Shown piece by piece: positions 20,395 to 30,521 of a stretch of DNA of 64,000 nucleotides. Position 1 is the stretch's first letter; every line of letters starts with the position of its first letter. Where the stretch lies: the NCBI GenBank assembly GCA_021513715.1, contig CP084167.1, forward strand, positions 3,104,001 through 3,168,000, written 5' to 3'. The DNA comes from Candidatus Heimdallarchaeum endolithica (lineage in GTDB: Archaea > Asgardarchaeota > Heimdallarchaeia > Heimdallarchaeales > Heimdallarchaeaceae). The position numbers and the translations under genes were made by a program. Under the pieces are notes generated by a model. It saw only the letters and a list, made by a program, of their open reading frames with translations. It was not told the origin of the DNA and did no database searches.

Positions 20395-21444
20395 TTAAAA
20401 ATCCCAAAAAGAAGATAGGTGCTTTTTAAATATACTAATTTGTTTTCTTGTTGATTTATGTATCTTCCAATTATCTTGATAACTTAATATTTTTGGCTTA
20501 ATTCCCATTATTCCTCTTAAAAAACTATTAGTACATGAACTCAAATTATTAAGATCATATCCTCCCTCTGTAACAGCAATAATTCTCTTTTTAGAATATT
20601 TCTCTGCAATTTCAGATAGTATAAATCCTGCAGATTGAAAAGCTTCAACCTTTAAATTAAGCATTCCTACTGGGTCTGTTTCTAAACCATCAAACCCTAA
20701 AGAAACTAAAATTATTTCAGGTTTAAACTGTTCTAGTACTTTTATTGATTGCTGGAAAGTATAAACCCAGTTTTGGGTGTTAGTTTTAGGTAAAACTGGG
20801 CAGTTAACAGTATATCCCATTCCATCATAAATACCACTTTCAAAAGGATATCCTCTTCCTGGATAAGCATAAGCTGGATGGGCATGGATTGAATAATATA
20901 AAACATCATTTCGTGAATAAAAGATGTCTGCAGTTCCATTACCAAAATGTTGATCAATATCTACAATTGCAATTTTACTAAAGCCTTTAGATACTAACGT
21001 TTCTGCGATAATTGCAATATTATTAAAAAAGCAAAATCCTGCAACAGTTGAAGAATTAGTATGATGTCCTGGGGGTCTTACTATTGCAAAAGCTTTTTCT
21101 GTTTCATTATTAGAAACAAGCTCTGCTGCTTGCTTCGAAGCTCCTGCAGCATAACAAGCAGCAGAAAAAGTGTGTTTGTTTAAAACATTATCCCATGTAA
21201 TTACTCCTCCACCTTGAAGTGAGATGGATTTTACAACATTGATTAAATGTAAATCATGGACTAGTAAAAGGTCTTCTTCTATTATTTTTTCTGATTTTAC
21301 AAATTTACATTTGAAATTATTCCTTTCACTAAAAATATTAAAACCTTGGATGAACTTGTCTAACCTTTGTGGTTTCTCTGGATGTTGGGGGTCCATTACA
21401 TGCTTTTTCATCTCTTCATTGGAGAGCGTAATAAGATTATACAT
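20395..21444 (-). CDS. Histone deacetylase / acetoin utilization family protein
   Basis: HPEKPQRL, RPPGHH, GFCFFNN, DIDQHFGNGT, EGGY. Confidence 0.92.
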   Translation of the reverse strand: MYNLITLSNEEMKKHVMDPQHPEKPQRLDKFIQGFNIFSERNNFKCKFVKSEKIIEEDLLLVHDLHLINVVKSISLQGGGVITWDNVLNKHTFSAACYAAGASKQAAELVSNNETEKAFAIVRPPGHHTNSSTVAGFCFFNNIAIIAETLVSKGFSKIAIVDIDQHFGNGTADIFYSRNDVLYYSIHAHPAYAYPGRGYPFESGIYDGMGYTVNCPVLPKTNTQNWVYTFQQSIKVLEQFKPEIILVSLGFDGLETDPVGMLNLKVEAFQSAGFILSEIAEKYSKKRIIAVTEGGYDLNNLSSCTNSFLRGIMGIKPKILSYQDNWKIHKSTRKQISIFKKHLSSFWDF

Positions 21445-21554
21445 TCAATTAGAAAATGTAGTTTGTAAGTTAAATATTTTCTCTAAAAAAACGTAATATT
21501 AGCATTAGTAAATCCATAAATTTAAATAAAGAAGAGTTAGAAAAGTTATAAAGC

Positions 21555-22106
21555 GTGTTGAGTGATAAAATGAGTTTCTTGTTAGATGTTGGATTAGCTT
21601 TTATGTTCGCGAGCCCTATTTTTGTCTCGAATGCAATTCCCACAATCTTTGGAGGAGGCTATCCTGTTGATTTCTACAAAAACTTCATAGATGGAAAAAG
21701 AATACTAGGCAATCATAAAACAATTAGAGGATTGCTTGCAGGTATATTATTCGGTTTTGTAGCTAGTATAGTTGTTTGGTATACAGTAGGAGATTTGTTT
21801 CAACAATTGTATGGTTTAATGGGTTTTAAATATCCAATCTGGATTGGTTTGGTGATGGGTTGGGGTTGTAATTTTGGTGACATGTTTGGTTCTTTTATTA
21901 AACGTCGCCTGAATATCGTTTCTGGGGGTAAGTTTCCTGTTTTTGACCAAACTGGGTATATGATCTTTGGACTGTTATGGTCTTGGCCAGTGTTTAAGTT
22001 TATTCCTTGGCAATTCCTAGTAACATTACTTGTTATTTCTCCATTGTTGCATATTCTCGCAAATCTACTTGCATATGCTGTTAAAGCAAAAGACGTATGG
22101 TGGTAG
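21555..22106 (+). CDS. carS: CDP-archaeol synthase
   Basis: PVDF.KNF.DGKRILGNHKTIRG, GDMFGSFIKRR, DQ motifs. Confidence 0.9.
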   Translation: MLSDKMSFLLDVGLAFMFASPIFVSNAIPTIFGGGYPVDFYKNFIDGKRILGNHKTIRGLLAGILFGFVASIVVWYTVGDLFQQLYGLMGFKYPIWIGLVMGWGCNFGDMFGSFIKRRLNIVSGGKFPVFDQTGYMIFGLLWSWPVFKFIPWQFLVTLLVISPLLHILANLLAYAVKAKDVWW

Positions 22107-22232
22107 AAATAATCATTTTTTCCTAACAAATTTCTTTTTACATTTGTTTGAATATCAGTCTTTCAACCTATTGAGAAAAGATTATAAATATATTCCTTTT
22201 TCTTAAATTTAGAATAATATAAGTTGTAAAAG

Positions 22233-22535
22233 ATGAAAGAATGCACGCTTTATTGCCGATCTTTTCGCTGCACTAACAGAGCATTAAAAGTTGAACGCCT
22301 AGGAAATGGTTCAAAAAAGTTCATCTGTACGATGGAAGGGGATGAATGTATTGGATATTTTTGTAAATATGCTTCTTGTGCAGAAAAAATGTTAGCTGAT
22401 GATGGTCGTTGTTTACGACCAGATAAGAAAGTGTCTTCCAGACCAAAGAAACCAATTAAAATTGATAAATATGATGTTTTTGATACTAATTCTTTAGATG
22501 ATAGATTATATAAAAAATTGAGGAGAAAAATGTAA
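22233..22535 (+). CDS. Cys-rich small protein (8 Cys), probable metal binder
   Basis: CxxxCxxxxC ... CxxxxxxCxxxxCxxxxC ... C pattern; clean ATG ORF. Confidence 0.65.
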   Translation: MKECTLYCRSFRCTNRALKVERLGNGSKKFICTMEGDECIGYFCKYASCAEKMLADDGRCLRPDKKVSSRPKKPIKIDKYDVFDTNSLDDRLYKKLRRKM

Positions 22536-22590
22536 TTATCTTCTACCTAACTTTTAAATACCAAGACGAATAACTATTTTATCGAATGAG

Positions 22591-23376
22591 TTGAGTAATA
22601 TGTTTCCTAATGCAGTTCAACCACAAAAAAATCTTCTACCTTTTGGTATACCAAGTTTGGACGAAATTCTAGGGGGTGGTATTCCAACAGGATCTATAGT
22701 TTTAATAGAAGATGAAATAGGTGCAGAGGCCAATCCTTTTATTTTACAATTTTTAGCAGAAGGTCTAAAAGCAGGACAATATGGATATATTATGGCAACA
22801 GAACACCCCTATCAATACTTTGCTGAAATGTTGTCTGGGATAGGTGTTAACACTGACATGCTTAAAGCTACTGGAAGATTAAAATACATTGATGCTTTTT
22901 CTAATCCTTTTGGCTATACTGACCTCCGTTCAGAGCACGACTTGGCTGTAAGAAATATTAGTCAACCTCGTGAATTAAATGAAATTATAAGAAGAGCTTT
23001 CCTTCATGTTAGAGATCAAAATGTGATTAAAAGAGGAATTGTGAGCTCACTATCATCTATTATCTACGCTGCAGATGAATCAAAAAAGACAATATTTTCT
23101 TTCTTGCAGAACAGACTAGCAAGCAACAAACTTGATGGTTCTGTAACACTATTTTCTTTGCATTATGATGCACATCCAAGATTATTAGTAAAAGCAATGG
23201 AACACTTAAGTGATGTGACAATCAGAGTGAAAAAAGGTTTTACAAAAGAAGAACGGCCGTTAAATGAGGTACAAGTGATAAATATTAAAGGAAAACCTGA
23301 ACTAGCAGGAGAAAGTGTTCAATTTGAGTTCATCTCTGGAAAAATTATACCCTATTATGAAGAAAACTTGTTCTAG
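22591..23376 (+). CDS. RecA/KaiC (RAD55)-fold protein with degenerate Walker A, Elp4-like
   Basis: FGIPSLDEILGGGIPTGSIVLIE, but no GKT in the P-loop position (IEDEIGAEAN). Confidence 0.75.
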   Translation: MSNMFPNAVQPQKNLLPFGIPSLDEILGGGIPTGSIVLIEDEIGAEANPFILQFLAEGLKAGQYGYIMATEHPYQYFAEMLSGIGVNTDMLKATGRLKYIDAFSNPFGYTDLRSEHDLAVRNISQPRELNEIIRRAFLHVRDQNVIKRGIVSSLSSIIYAADESKKTIFSFLQNRLASNKLDGSVTLFSLHYDAHPRLLVKAMEHLSDVTIRVKKGFTKEERPLNEVQVINIKGKPELAGESVQFEFISGKIIPYYEENLF

Positions 23377-23456
23377 CATTAATTAAATATTCTTCTTTTT
23401 TATTTATTAATACCATTAGATTTATTAATTTAGTTTGTTTGTTTTATTTGATAAGT

Positions 23457-23999
23457 TTGTCATTCGATTATTTGTTCAAGACAATTATTGTTGGAGACCC
23501 AAATGTGGGAAAAACTTCAATTACACTTCGTTTTTCGACAGGAACTTTTAGAGAAAGATATCTATTTACTATAGGTGTAGAATTTAGTGTTAAGGATATT
23601 GAAGTTGATGGAAATAAAGTGAAAATTCAAGCTTGGGATACTGGAGGACATGATAAATATTCTTATATTCGCCCATTATATTACAAGGGGTCATATGGGA
23701 CGCTAATTGTCTATGACATAACCAATAAAGACTCTTTTGAGAATTTAGATAAATGGTTTAAGGAAGTTTATGATAATTGTGAATCAACGATTCCTGCTAT
23801 TTTGGTAGGAAATAAAAATGATTTGGAAGAACAAAGAGAAGTGACTAGGGAAGAAGCTTTAAACTATGCAGAAGAGATGAGCAAAAGATATAACTTGGAT
23901 AATATTCCTTATTTTGAAACTTCTGCAAAAACAGGTGAAAACGTCGATGATATATATTTTGAATTAACAAGACTAATGATTAAAAAATCGAATATGTAA
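23457..23999 (+). CDS. Rab-like small GTPase
   Basis: GDPNVGKT, TIGVEF, WDTGGH, YYKGS, VYDIT, GNKND, ETSAK; start set at TTG (MSFDYLFK). Confidence 0.92.
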   Translation: MSFDYLFKTIIVGDPNVGKTSITLRFSTGTFRERYLFTIGVEFSVKDIEVDGNKVKIQAWDTGGHDKYSYIRPLYYKGSYGTLIVYDITNKDSFENLDKWFKEVYDNCESTIPAILVGNKNDLEEQREVTREEALNYAEEMSKRYNLDNIPYFETSAKTGENVDDIYFELTRLMIKKSNM

Positions 24000-24131
24000 T
24001 TTTCGTAATATCATTCTTGTTTTCTATTAAATTTTTTAAAAAGATTCTATTATGATTATTTTATAACAATGCAAAAAGTGTCTCATAACAAACTTTAATT
24101 TCGTTTTATTTTTACTGTTCATAAGCCAAGA

Positions 24132-24153
24132 TAAACGTAAAAATAGACGTTTA
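24132..24153. promoter_or_regulatory. Inverted repeat just upstream of the POR operon
   Basis: TAAACGT-N8-ACGTTTA, a few bp before the first start codon. Confidence 0.35.
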
Positions 24154-24158
24154 CATGG

Positions 24159-24719
24159 GTGAAAATTATGAAGATAACTGACATCAGACTAAATGGTAGG
24201 GGTGGTCAGGGAGCAGTAACTGCTTCACGTTTACTAGGTGAAGCAGCAATAAAAGAAGGACAATATACGCATGCCTTTCCTAATTTTGGTCCAGAAAGAG
24301 CTGGAGCACCTGTCACTTCTTTTACACGTATTTGCCCTGAACCCTTCACTGAAAAAACTGAAGTTTTTGAACCTGACGTAGTTGTTGTAATCGATCCTAC
24401 CCTTTTGGGAGAAGTACCTGTTGCACAAGGTCTAAAGAAGGGAGGAACTATTGTCTGCAACTATAGTGGAAAACTAGACGATTTGAAAAAGTATTTTGAA
24501 GGAGTTGATGCAAATATACATAAAGTTGATGCATCCAAGATAGCTATTGAAGAATTAGGAGTAGATAAGCCTAATATGATAATGCTTGGAGCCCTACTAA
24601 AAGTACGTCCATTAGTAAAACTTGAGAGCTTGATAGATGTAACAAAAGAACGTTTCAAAGGTTCAGTAGGAGAGAAAAACGCAAAAGCTATGCGTCGTGC
24701 ATATGAAGAGGTGGAATAA
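24159..24719 (+). CDS. porC: Pyruvate/2-ketoisovalerate:ferredoxin oxidoreductase gamma subunit
   Basis: GRGGQGAVT, FGPERAGAP, NMIMLGA. Confidence 0.92.
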   Translation: MKIMKITDIRLNGRGGQGAVTASRLLGEAAIKEGQYTHAFPNFGPERAGAPVTSFTRICPEPFTEKTEVFEPDVVVVIDPTLLGEVPVAQGLKKGGTIVCNYSGKLDDLKKYFEGVDANIHKVDASKIAIEELGVDKPNMIMLGALLKVRPLVKLESLIDVTKERFKGSVGEKNAKAMRRAYEEVE

Positions 24720-25037
24720 ATGGAGAAAAAAAATCCCCCAAAAGAATTTGAAGAATGGATAAATGAAAAATGGGGAACAGAAAGACTGCCAGTAGGTGGT
24801 GTAGTTCCTTATCAAAGCTCTTACGGATATAAAACTGGTGATTGGTCAGCTTATAAAGCTCATATAGACAAAGAAAAATGTATAGGCTGTTTAAATTGCT
24901 TCTTTTATTGTCCTGATTCAGCAATTACCATGGATGAAAATAACAAAGCAGAAGCAGATTTTGATTTCTGCAAAGGATGTGGAGTTTGTGCTCAACATTG
25001 CCCTGTTGATGCAATAGAAATGAAATCATTGAGGTGA
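24720..25037 (+). CDS. porD: Oxidoreductase delta subunit (2x[4Fe-4S])
   Basis: [29 protein letters not shown]. Confidence 0.93.
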   Translation: MEKKNPPKEFEEWINEKWGTERLPVGGVVPYQSSYGYKTGDWSAYKAHIDKEKCIGCLNCFFYCPDSAITMDENNKAEADFDFCKGCGVCAQHCPVDAIEMKSLR

Positions 25038-25044
25038 AAAAAGG

Positions 25045-26232
25045 ATGATGAAACCAATAGTTAAAGGAATGACAGGAGATGAAGCTGTCGCTTGGGCAGC
25101 AAAGCAAATAAATCCTGATGTAGTAGCAGCTTACCCAATTACCCCGCAAACAATAATCGTTGAAAGATTCTCCGATTATGTAAATGATGGGCTTGTTGAT
25201 ACCTCTTTTGTTCCAGTAGAGTCAGAACACTCTGCTATGTCTGCTTGTGTAGGAGCTTCAGCGACTGGAGCAAGAGTGTTTACAGCAACAGCTTCTGCAG
25301 GTTTAGCACTGATGTATGAAATTCTTTATGTTGCATCAGGAATGAGATTGCCTATTGTTCTTGCAGTAGCAAATAGAGCTTTTTCAGCTCCTATAAACAT
25401 TCATGCAGAATGTACAGATCAATTAGTAACAAGAGATGCATCATGGGTTTCTCTATTTGGAGAATCAGCACAAGAAGCCTATGATGAAACAATTATGTCT
25501 TTCAAGATTGCAGAGAATCCAAAGGTACTACTTCCAACAATGTTTGGTGTAGAAGGATTTATTGTTACACATGCTTTAGAAAGAGTTGATACTCTTCCAG
25601 ATAAAGCAATAAAAGATTTTCTGCCAGAAAAAAGAGAAGTTGAATACTCCTTTACTCCAGATGAAATTAGAACATTTGGGTCTTTAGTCTTACAAGACTA
25701 TTATATGGAAATAAAAAGGCAACAAGAAGATGCAATGCAAGAAGCTTATAAAGTAACTAAAAAAGTAATGAGTGAGTATTCTGAATTAACAGGAAGAAAT
25801 TATGAAATTATTGAAAAGTATAAACTTGAAGACGCAGATTATGCTTTTGTATCATATGGAGCAACAGCAGGTAATGCTAAAGCTGTAGTAGATAATCTGA
25901 GAGAAAAAGGAGAAAAAGTAGGTAGTCTAAAAATAAGAATGTATAGACCATTTCCAGCACCAGACATCTATGATGCATTGAAAGGAATAAAAGCAGTATC
26001 AATTTTAGATAGATCAGCTACTTTTGGTTCTCCAGGAACAATTGTTCAATCAGATCTTGCAACTGCTCTATTCGGAAAGAAAGATGTGCCAACACTACAT
26101 GGATACATAAACGGTCTTGGAGGAAGAGTACTAACCATTCCAGAAATTGAACAAATTTACATGAAAACAAAGGCATACCACGACGAAGGAAAAGTACTAA
26201 CTACAGAATGGTTTGGATATAGGAAAAGGTGA
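25045..26232 (+). CDS. porA: Oxidoreductase alpha subunit
   Basis: AAYPITPQT, ESEHSAMS, ANRA, GLGGR. Confidence 0.94.
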   Translation: MMKPIVKGMTGDEAVAWAAKQINPDVVAAYPITPQTIIVERFSDYVNDGLVDTSFVPVESEHSAMSACVGASATGARVFTATASAGLALMYEILYVASGMRLPIVLAVANRAFSAPINIHAECTDQLVTRDASWVSLFGESAQEAYDETIMSFKIAENPKVLLPTMFGVEGFIVTHALERVDTLPDKAIKDFLPEKREVEYSFTPDEIRTFGSLVLQDYYMEIKRQQEDAMQEAYKVTKKVMSEYSELTGRNYEIIEKYKLEDADYAFVSYGATAGNAKAVVDNLREKGEKVGSLKIRMYRPFPAPDIYDALKGIKAVSILDRSATFGSPGTIVQSDLATALFGKKDVPTLHGYINGLGGRVLTIPEIEQIYMKTKAYHDEGKVLTTEWFGYRKR

Positions 26233-27203
26233 TTATGATGATAGAACTACCAAGAATTAAATTAAAAGAAATAGCAAAACAAGACAATGTTCTTGTCTCT
26301 GGACATAGATTATGCGCAGGATGTGGAGCTGGAATAATGGCTAGACAAGTGACTCTAGCAGCTAAAGCTCTAGGAGAACCTTTCATGATTGTAAATGCTA
26401 CAGGTTGTTTAGAAGTAGCAACTACTATCTATCCATTCAGCGCATGGAACGCTCCTTGGTTACATAACGCTTTTGAAAACGCATCTGCAACAGCTTCAGG
26501 AGCTCTCGCTGCCATGGAAGCTATGCAGAGAAAAGGACTGATGAAAGAAGAAAAAGTAAACATGATTATCTTTGGTGGAGATGGAGGAACTTACGATATA
26601 GGACTTCAATCTCTTTCTGGAGCAATTGAGAGAGGACATGATTTCTTATATGTATGTTACAATAATGGAGCTTACATGAATACGGGAATACAAAGAAGCG
26701 GTGGAACTCCTCAATGTGCAATAACCACAACAAGCCCAGCAGGAAAAGTTATCCCAGGAAAAATAAAATGGCAAAAACCTCTCGCTGAAATTATGGCTGC
26801 ACATGATATACCAACCTTTACTGCTAGCCCATTCTATCACAGAGATTTGATGCAGAAAGTTCAAGCAGGACTAAAGCATGATGGCCCAGCATTTTTGCTA
26901 GTTGATTCTCCATGTAATTTAGGGCAAAGATACGCACCTAATATCTCTCTTAAAACAACAGAATTAGCAGTAAAAAGTTGTTTCTTCCCATTATATTCAA
27001 CTTACAAGGATGAATGGGTATTAACTAGCGAATCATTAAAGATTGCAAAGAACCCTGAAAAGAAAGTTCCAGTTGAAGAATATCTCAAACTACAAGGAAG
27101 ATTTAAACATCTTTTCAAACCCGAGTGGAAAGGAAAGATAAAAGAGATTCAAGAACAAGTAGACGAGAGATGGGAAAGACTGCTAAAGAAAGCAGGATTC
27201 TAA
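26229..27203 (+). CDS. porB: Oxidoreductase beta subunit (TPP-binding)
   Basis: GHRLCAGCG, ATGC, GGDGGTYDIG, YMNTGIQRS. Confidence 0.94.
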   Translation: MIMMIELPRIKLKEIAKQDNVLVSGHRLCAGCGAGIMARQVTLAAKALGEPFMIVNATGCLEVATTIYPFSAWNAPWLHNAFENASATASGALAAMEAMQRKGLMKEEKVNMIIFGGDGGTYDIGLQSLSGAIERGHDFLYVCYNNGAYMNTGIQRSGGTPQCAITTTSPAGKVIPGKIKWQKPLAEIMAAHDIPTFTASPFYHRDLMQKVQAGLKHDGPAFLLVDSPCNLGQRYAPNISLKTTELAVKSCFFPLYSTYKDEWVLTSESLKIAKNPEKKVPVEEYLKLQGRFKHLFKPEWKGKIKEIQEQVDERWERLLKKAGF

Positions 27204-27266
27204 AATTATTTTTTCTTTTCTTTTCTTTTTCCAATATATTTAAATTGTCTTTTATAAAGTGTTATT

Positions 27267-29081
27267 GTGGATTCTAAAAAAGAAATAGATATTAAAAAGC
27301 AATTAGGTGCCTTCTATACTCCTCAACCAATAGTTGACTTTATGGTTTCTAGAGCTTTTGATTTTTTAGAAAAAAAGAAAAAAATTAGCCTAAAATCAAA
27401 AAAGCAATTCACTGATTCTTTATTTTCTTTAAAAATTTTGGATCCTGCTGTTGGAACTGGAAGATTCATTGAAGGAATAATAAGAAACATAAAATATAAT
27501 CTAAAGAAACTCGGATTTGAAACTAAACATAAAGAAGAACTAATAGCAGAATTTGTTTCTAATAATTTATTTGGGATAGAGATCGATTTACAAGCTTTGA
27601 AAAAATGTAAAAGTAATTTGACTATAAAATATCCTTTTCTCAAAGAATCTCACTTGAAGCAACTAAAAACAGGTAATTCTTTAGTAGAGCCAGATATATA
27701 CAAAATGTTTGAAGATGAAAACTCTTCTCTTCTTTCTCCTTTTTCTTGGAAAGAAGAATTTCAAAACACCAAGTTTGATTTAATAATTGGTAACCCTCCT
27801 TATTTTAGTTTTAGAAAGTTAGGATTAGAGAAAATAGAAAATCGATTATTATACAACTATTTGAAAAGATCAGACTATTGGAAAGATTACTTTCGTTCTT
27901 CTGCAGATATATACTTCTACTTTATTGTAAAATCTCTAAATCATCTAGAAAGAAAAGGAGTTTTATCTTTTATTATCCCAAGTTACTGGATAACTAACCA
28001 TTTTGCTGATAAACTACGAGAAAAATTACTTAACTATAAAATTCTAGAAATTATAGATTTTCAAAACCAACAGGTATTTGGTAATGCTGGAAAGAGGATA
28101 AATGTTTCTTCTACCATCTTGAATGTTGTTAATGAAGTCCCCTCAAATTCTATTTTTTCAGTATATAAGTTTAAGAAAATTAGACCCTTAAGTTTGAATG
28201 AAGTCTTCCAAAAAGAAAAATTTGATGAGTTTAAAGTTTCTCAATCCTCTCTAACTAGAGAAAAATGGGTTCTATCTCCAAATCAGATTAAACTTAACAA
28301 AATTGTAGAAAATAGCTCAGAAGGGAAAAAGTTATCTGAAATAGCGACAATTGCACAAGGTGTATCTCCTGGAGTAAAAAACATATTTGTAATGACTATA
28401 ATTGAAGCTAAAAAAATGAAATTGGAAAAAGAGATCCTTTATCCTTTCATTACTAACAAGCATATTTCAAAATGGACTTCTGCTTCTTCAAATCTTGTAA
28501 CTATATTTCCGAAGAAAATAACTAGTTTAGAAGAATATCCTTTTACTAAAGCTTATTTAGAAAAAAATAGAGAAATATTGATTAATGGCTCAGATAGGAA
28601 AAAACTTGTTGGAAAAAATAAAATTAGGTGGTTTGATTTCAGTGTTTATAGGAATATTAATCTTTTTTTGAAGGAAAGAGAAAAAATACTTACTCCCTAC
28701 AGAAGTAAAAGAGTAAGTTTCGCTTATGACAATGAAGGTCTTCTTGGTTCAACAGATATTTACGCTATTTTTCCAAAGAAAAAAGAACTGCTCTTTTATC
28801 TTTTAGGTGTTCTAAATAGTAAGGTTTCTGAATTTTGGTTTAAAGAAGCAGGAAAGAAAAAAGGAACTGTAATTGAGTTCTTTTCAAGAGATCTTGCGAA
28901 ATTCCCTATTCCTCCAATGAAAAATGAAAAAAAAATAACAGAAGTTGTTAAACGAATAATACATTGTAATATTAAAAGTGAATATAGGGCTGTTGAGGAA
29001 CTAGAGAAAGAATTGAACTATTTAGTTTTAGATGAATATAATCTAGAGCAAAGTTTCTTATCCGATTTTTCTTTTTCTTAA
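27267..29081 (+). CDS. N6-adenine DNA methyltransferase (TaqI/Eco57I-like) with C-terminal target recognition domain
   Basis: GAFYTP, ILDPAVGTGRF, IGNPPY, YLLGVLNS. Confidence 0.88.
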   Translation: MDSKKEIDIKKQLGAFYTPQPIVDFMVSRAFDFLEKKKKISLKSKKQFTDSLFSLKILDPAVGTGRFIEGIIRNIKYNLKKLGFETKHKEELIAEFVSNNLFGIEIDLQALKKCKSNLTIKYPFLKESHLKQLKTGNSLVEPDIYKMFEDENSSLLSPFSWKEEFQNTKFDLIIGNPPYFSFRKLGLEKIENRLLYNYLKRSDYWKDYFRSSADIYFYFIVKSLNHLERKGVLSFIIPSYWITNHFADKLREKLLNYKILEIIDFQNQQVFGNAGKRINVSSTILNVVNEVPSNSIFSVYKFKKIRPLSLNEVFQKEKFDEFKVSQSSLTREKWVLSPNQIKLNKIVENSSEGKKLSEIATIAQGVSPGVKNIFVMTIIEAKKMKLEKEILYPFITNKHISKWTSASSNLVTIFPKKITSLEEYPFTKAYLEKNREILINGSDRKKLVGKNKIRWFDFSVYRNINLFLKEREKILTPYRSKRVSFAYDNEGLLGSTDIYAIFPKKKELLFYLLGVLNSKVSEFWFKEAGKKKGTVIEFFSRDLAKFPIPPMKNEKKITEVVKRIIHCNIKSEYRAVEELEKELNYLVLDEYNLEQSFLSDFSFS

Positions 29082-30521
29082 TTTTTTTTTGGTAATATAG
29101 AGGAAAATTAGAGAGCTTGATATGCTTAAGAAATAAAATGGAGTTGAAGTTGTTTCTTTTTTACCCTCTGGAAAAGGATCGTAAGAGTGAGCTGAACCAT
29201 CTATAGAGTAAACACCTTCTTTTTCGTAATCTGACCAATAGTTCCCCTTTTTAGTTTCTTTATCATACCAAATATTATTTTGTCCTTCGTCATAAGCTTG
29301 ACTGTTTCCTAGAAAGTTATTATTAATGAACAAATTGTGGTGAACTGAAACTAGACTACTATTCGATTTGAGAAGAATAGCATAGTTAATATTTTGCTCA
29401 AAAGTGTTGTAAACTATGGAACAATTAAATGAGTCATCAATTTCTATTCCATAATAATTCCTAAAAAATAAATTATCACATAAGTAAATGTTTGAAGAAA
29501 AATAGATATTAATAGCTGTTTTTGATGAATAAGAAATAATATTCTTATCAAATATAACATTTTCAGATTTGGAAATAATAATGGATTCTTGATGTGTACT
29601 CTTCAAAGTAGAATTACTAATAATAATATCCTCAGAATTGTAGATATAGATTCCAGTGTCTGATTCTGTTACATTCAAATTAGTAATTGTTAGGTTAAAA
29701 CAATTAACAATCATCAAGAAACCTAAGTCTCCTGAGATAATTTCTCCTTTTTTATCAATATTGATAGATATTGGTAATCCATTTATCAAATTATTAGAAA
29801 AGAAACAAGAATTGTACATTTCTGTCTCTTGTTCATAAAAGAAAACAATGTCATGTGACAAATAGTTCGAACTAAAATTTGAAAAATAAGAAAATACAGA
29901 ATAGATTCCATTTCCTAAATTGTCTTCTATCACATTTTTATGCATTGTTGAGTAGTTTGCTACATCCAAGAAAATTCCATGTCCTCCGTTTTTTCTAATA
30001 TGGTTTGAGGAGATAGTAGTAAAATGTGAAGAAGAAATCTTAATTCCTGAATTCTTATGGTTTTCAATAGTATTATTCTCGATTATAGATGAATCAGTAT
30101 AAAGTATCTCTATTCCATAATTTGATTGAACAATAGTGTTATTCTTGATAACAGCTGTACCATTTGCAACAAAAGAAATGTAAATTGCACTTCTTCTTTG
30201 ACCAGCATTAATGAAACAATTTTGAATAACAAAATAGACGCTAGTTCCCTTGATATAAATACCATATAAATATGGAGTACTAATTGAATAGTTTTCTATT
30301 CGATAAGGATTTTCCTTTGTTCCGTTACCAGGAAAAAGAGAAAATTGTTCATTTGAAGAGATAATGATAGGATCATGCTTTTTAAGATTAGAAAAACTTT
30401 GCTTTTTATTTTCTTCAGGAAAGCTTTCAACACTAATTATTGAACTTAAAAAAATTATCTCGAGTAAAAAAATAAGTAAAATTAATTTATTTTTCAAACA
30501 AATCCTCCACAAAGCCTCCAT
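29058..30521 (-). CDS. Secreted parallel beta-helix (NosD/CASH-type) protein with C-terminal membrane anchor
   Basis: Signal peptide, GNGTKENPY, PbH1 repeats, GNYWSDY, PFYF-TM-basic tail. Confidence 0.85.
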   Translation of the reverse strand: MEALWRICLKNKLILLIFLLEIIFLSSIISVESFPEENKKQSFSNLKKHDPIIISSNEQFSLFPGNGTKENPYRIENYSISTPYLYGIYIKGTSVYFVIQNCFINAGQRRSAIYISFVANGTAVIKNNTIVQSNYGIEILYTDSSIIENNTIENHKNSGIKISSSHFTTISSNHIRKNGGHGIFLDVANYSTMHKNVIEDNLGNGIYSVFSYFSNFSSNYLSHDIVFFYEQETEMYNSCFFSNNLINGLPISINIDKKGEIISGDLGFLMIVNCFNLTITNLNVTESDTGIYIYNSEDIIISNSTLKSTHQESIIISKSENVIFDKNIISYSSKTAINIYFSSNIYLCDNLFFRNYYGIEIDDSFNCSIVYNTFEQNINYAILLKSNSSLVSVHHNLFINNNFLGNSQAYDEGQNNIWYDKETKKGNYWSDYEKEGVYSIDGSAHSYDPFPEGKKETTSTPFYFLSISSSLIFLYITKKKLRKRKIG

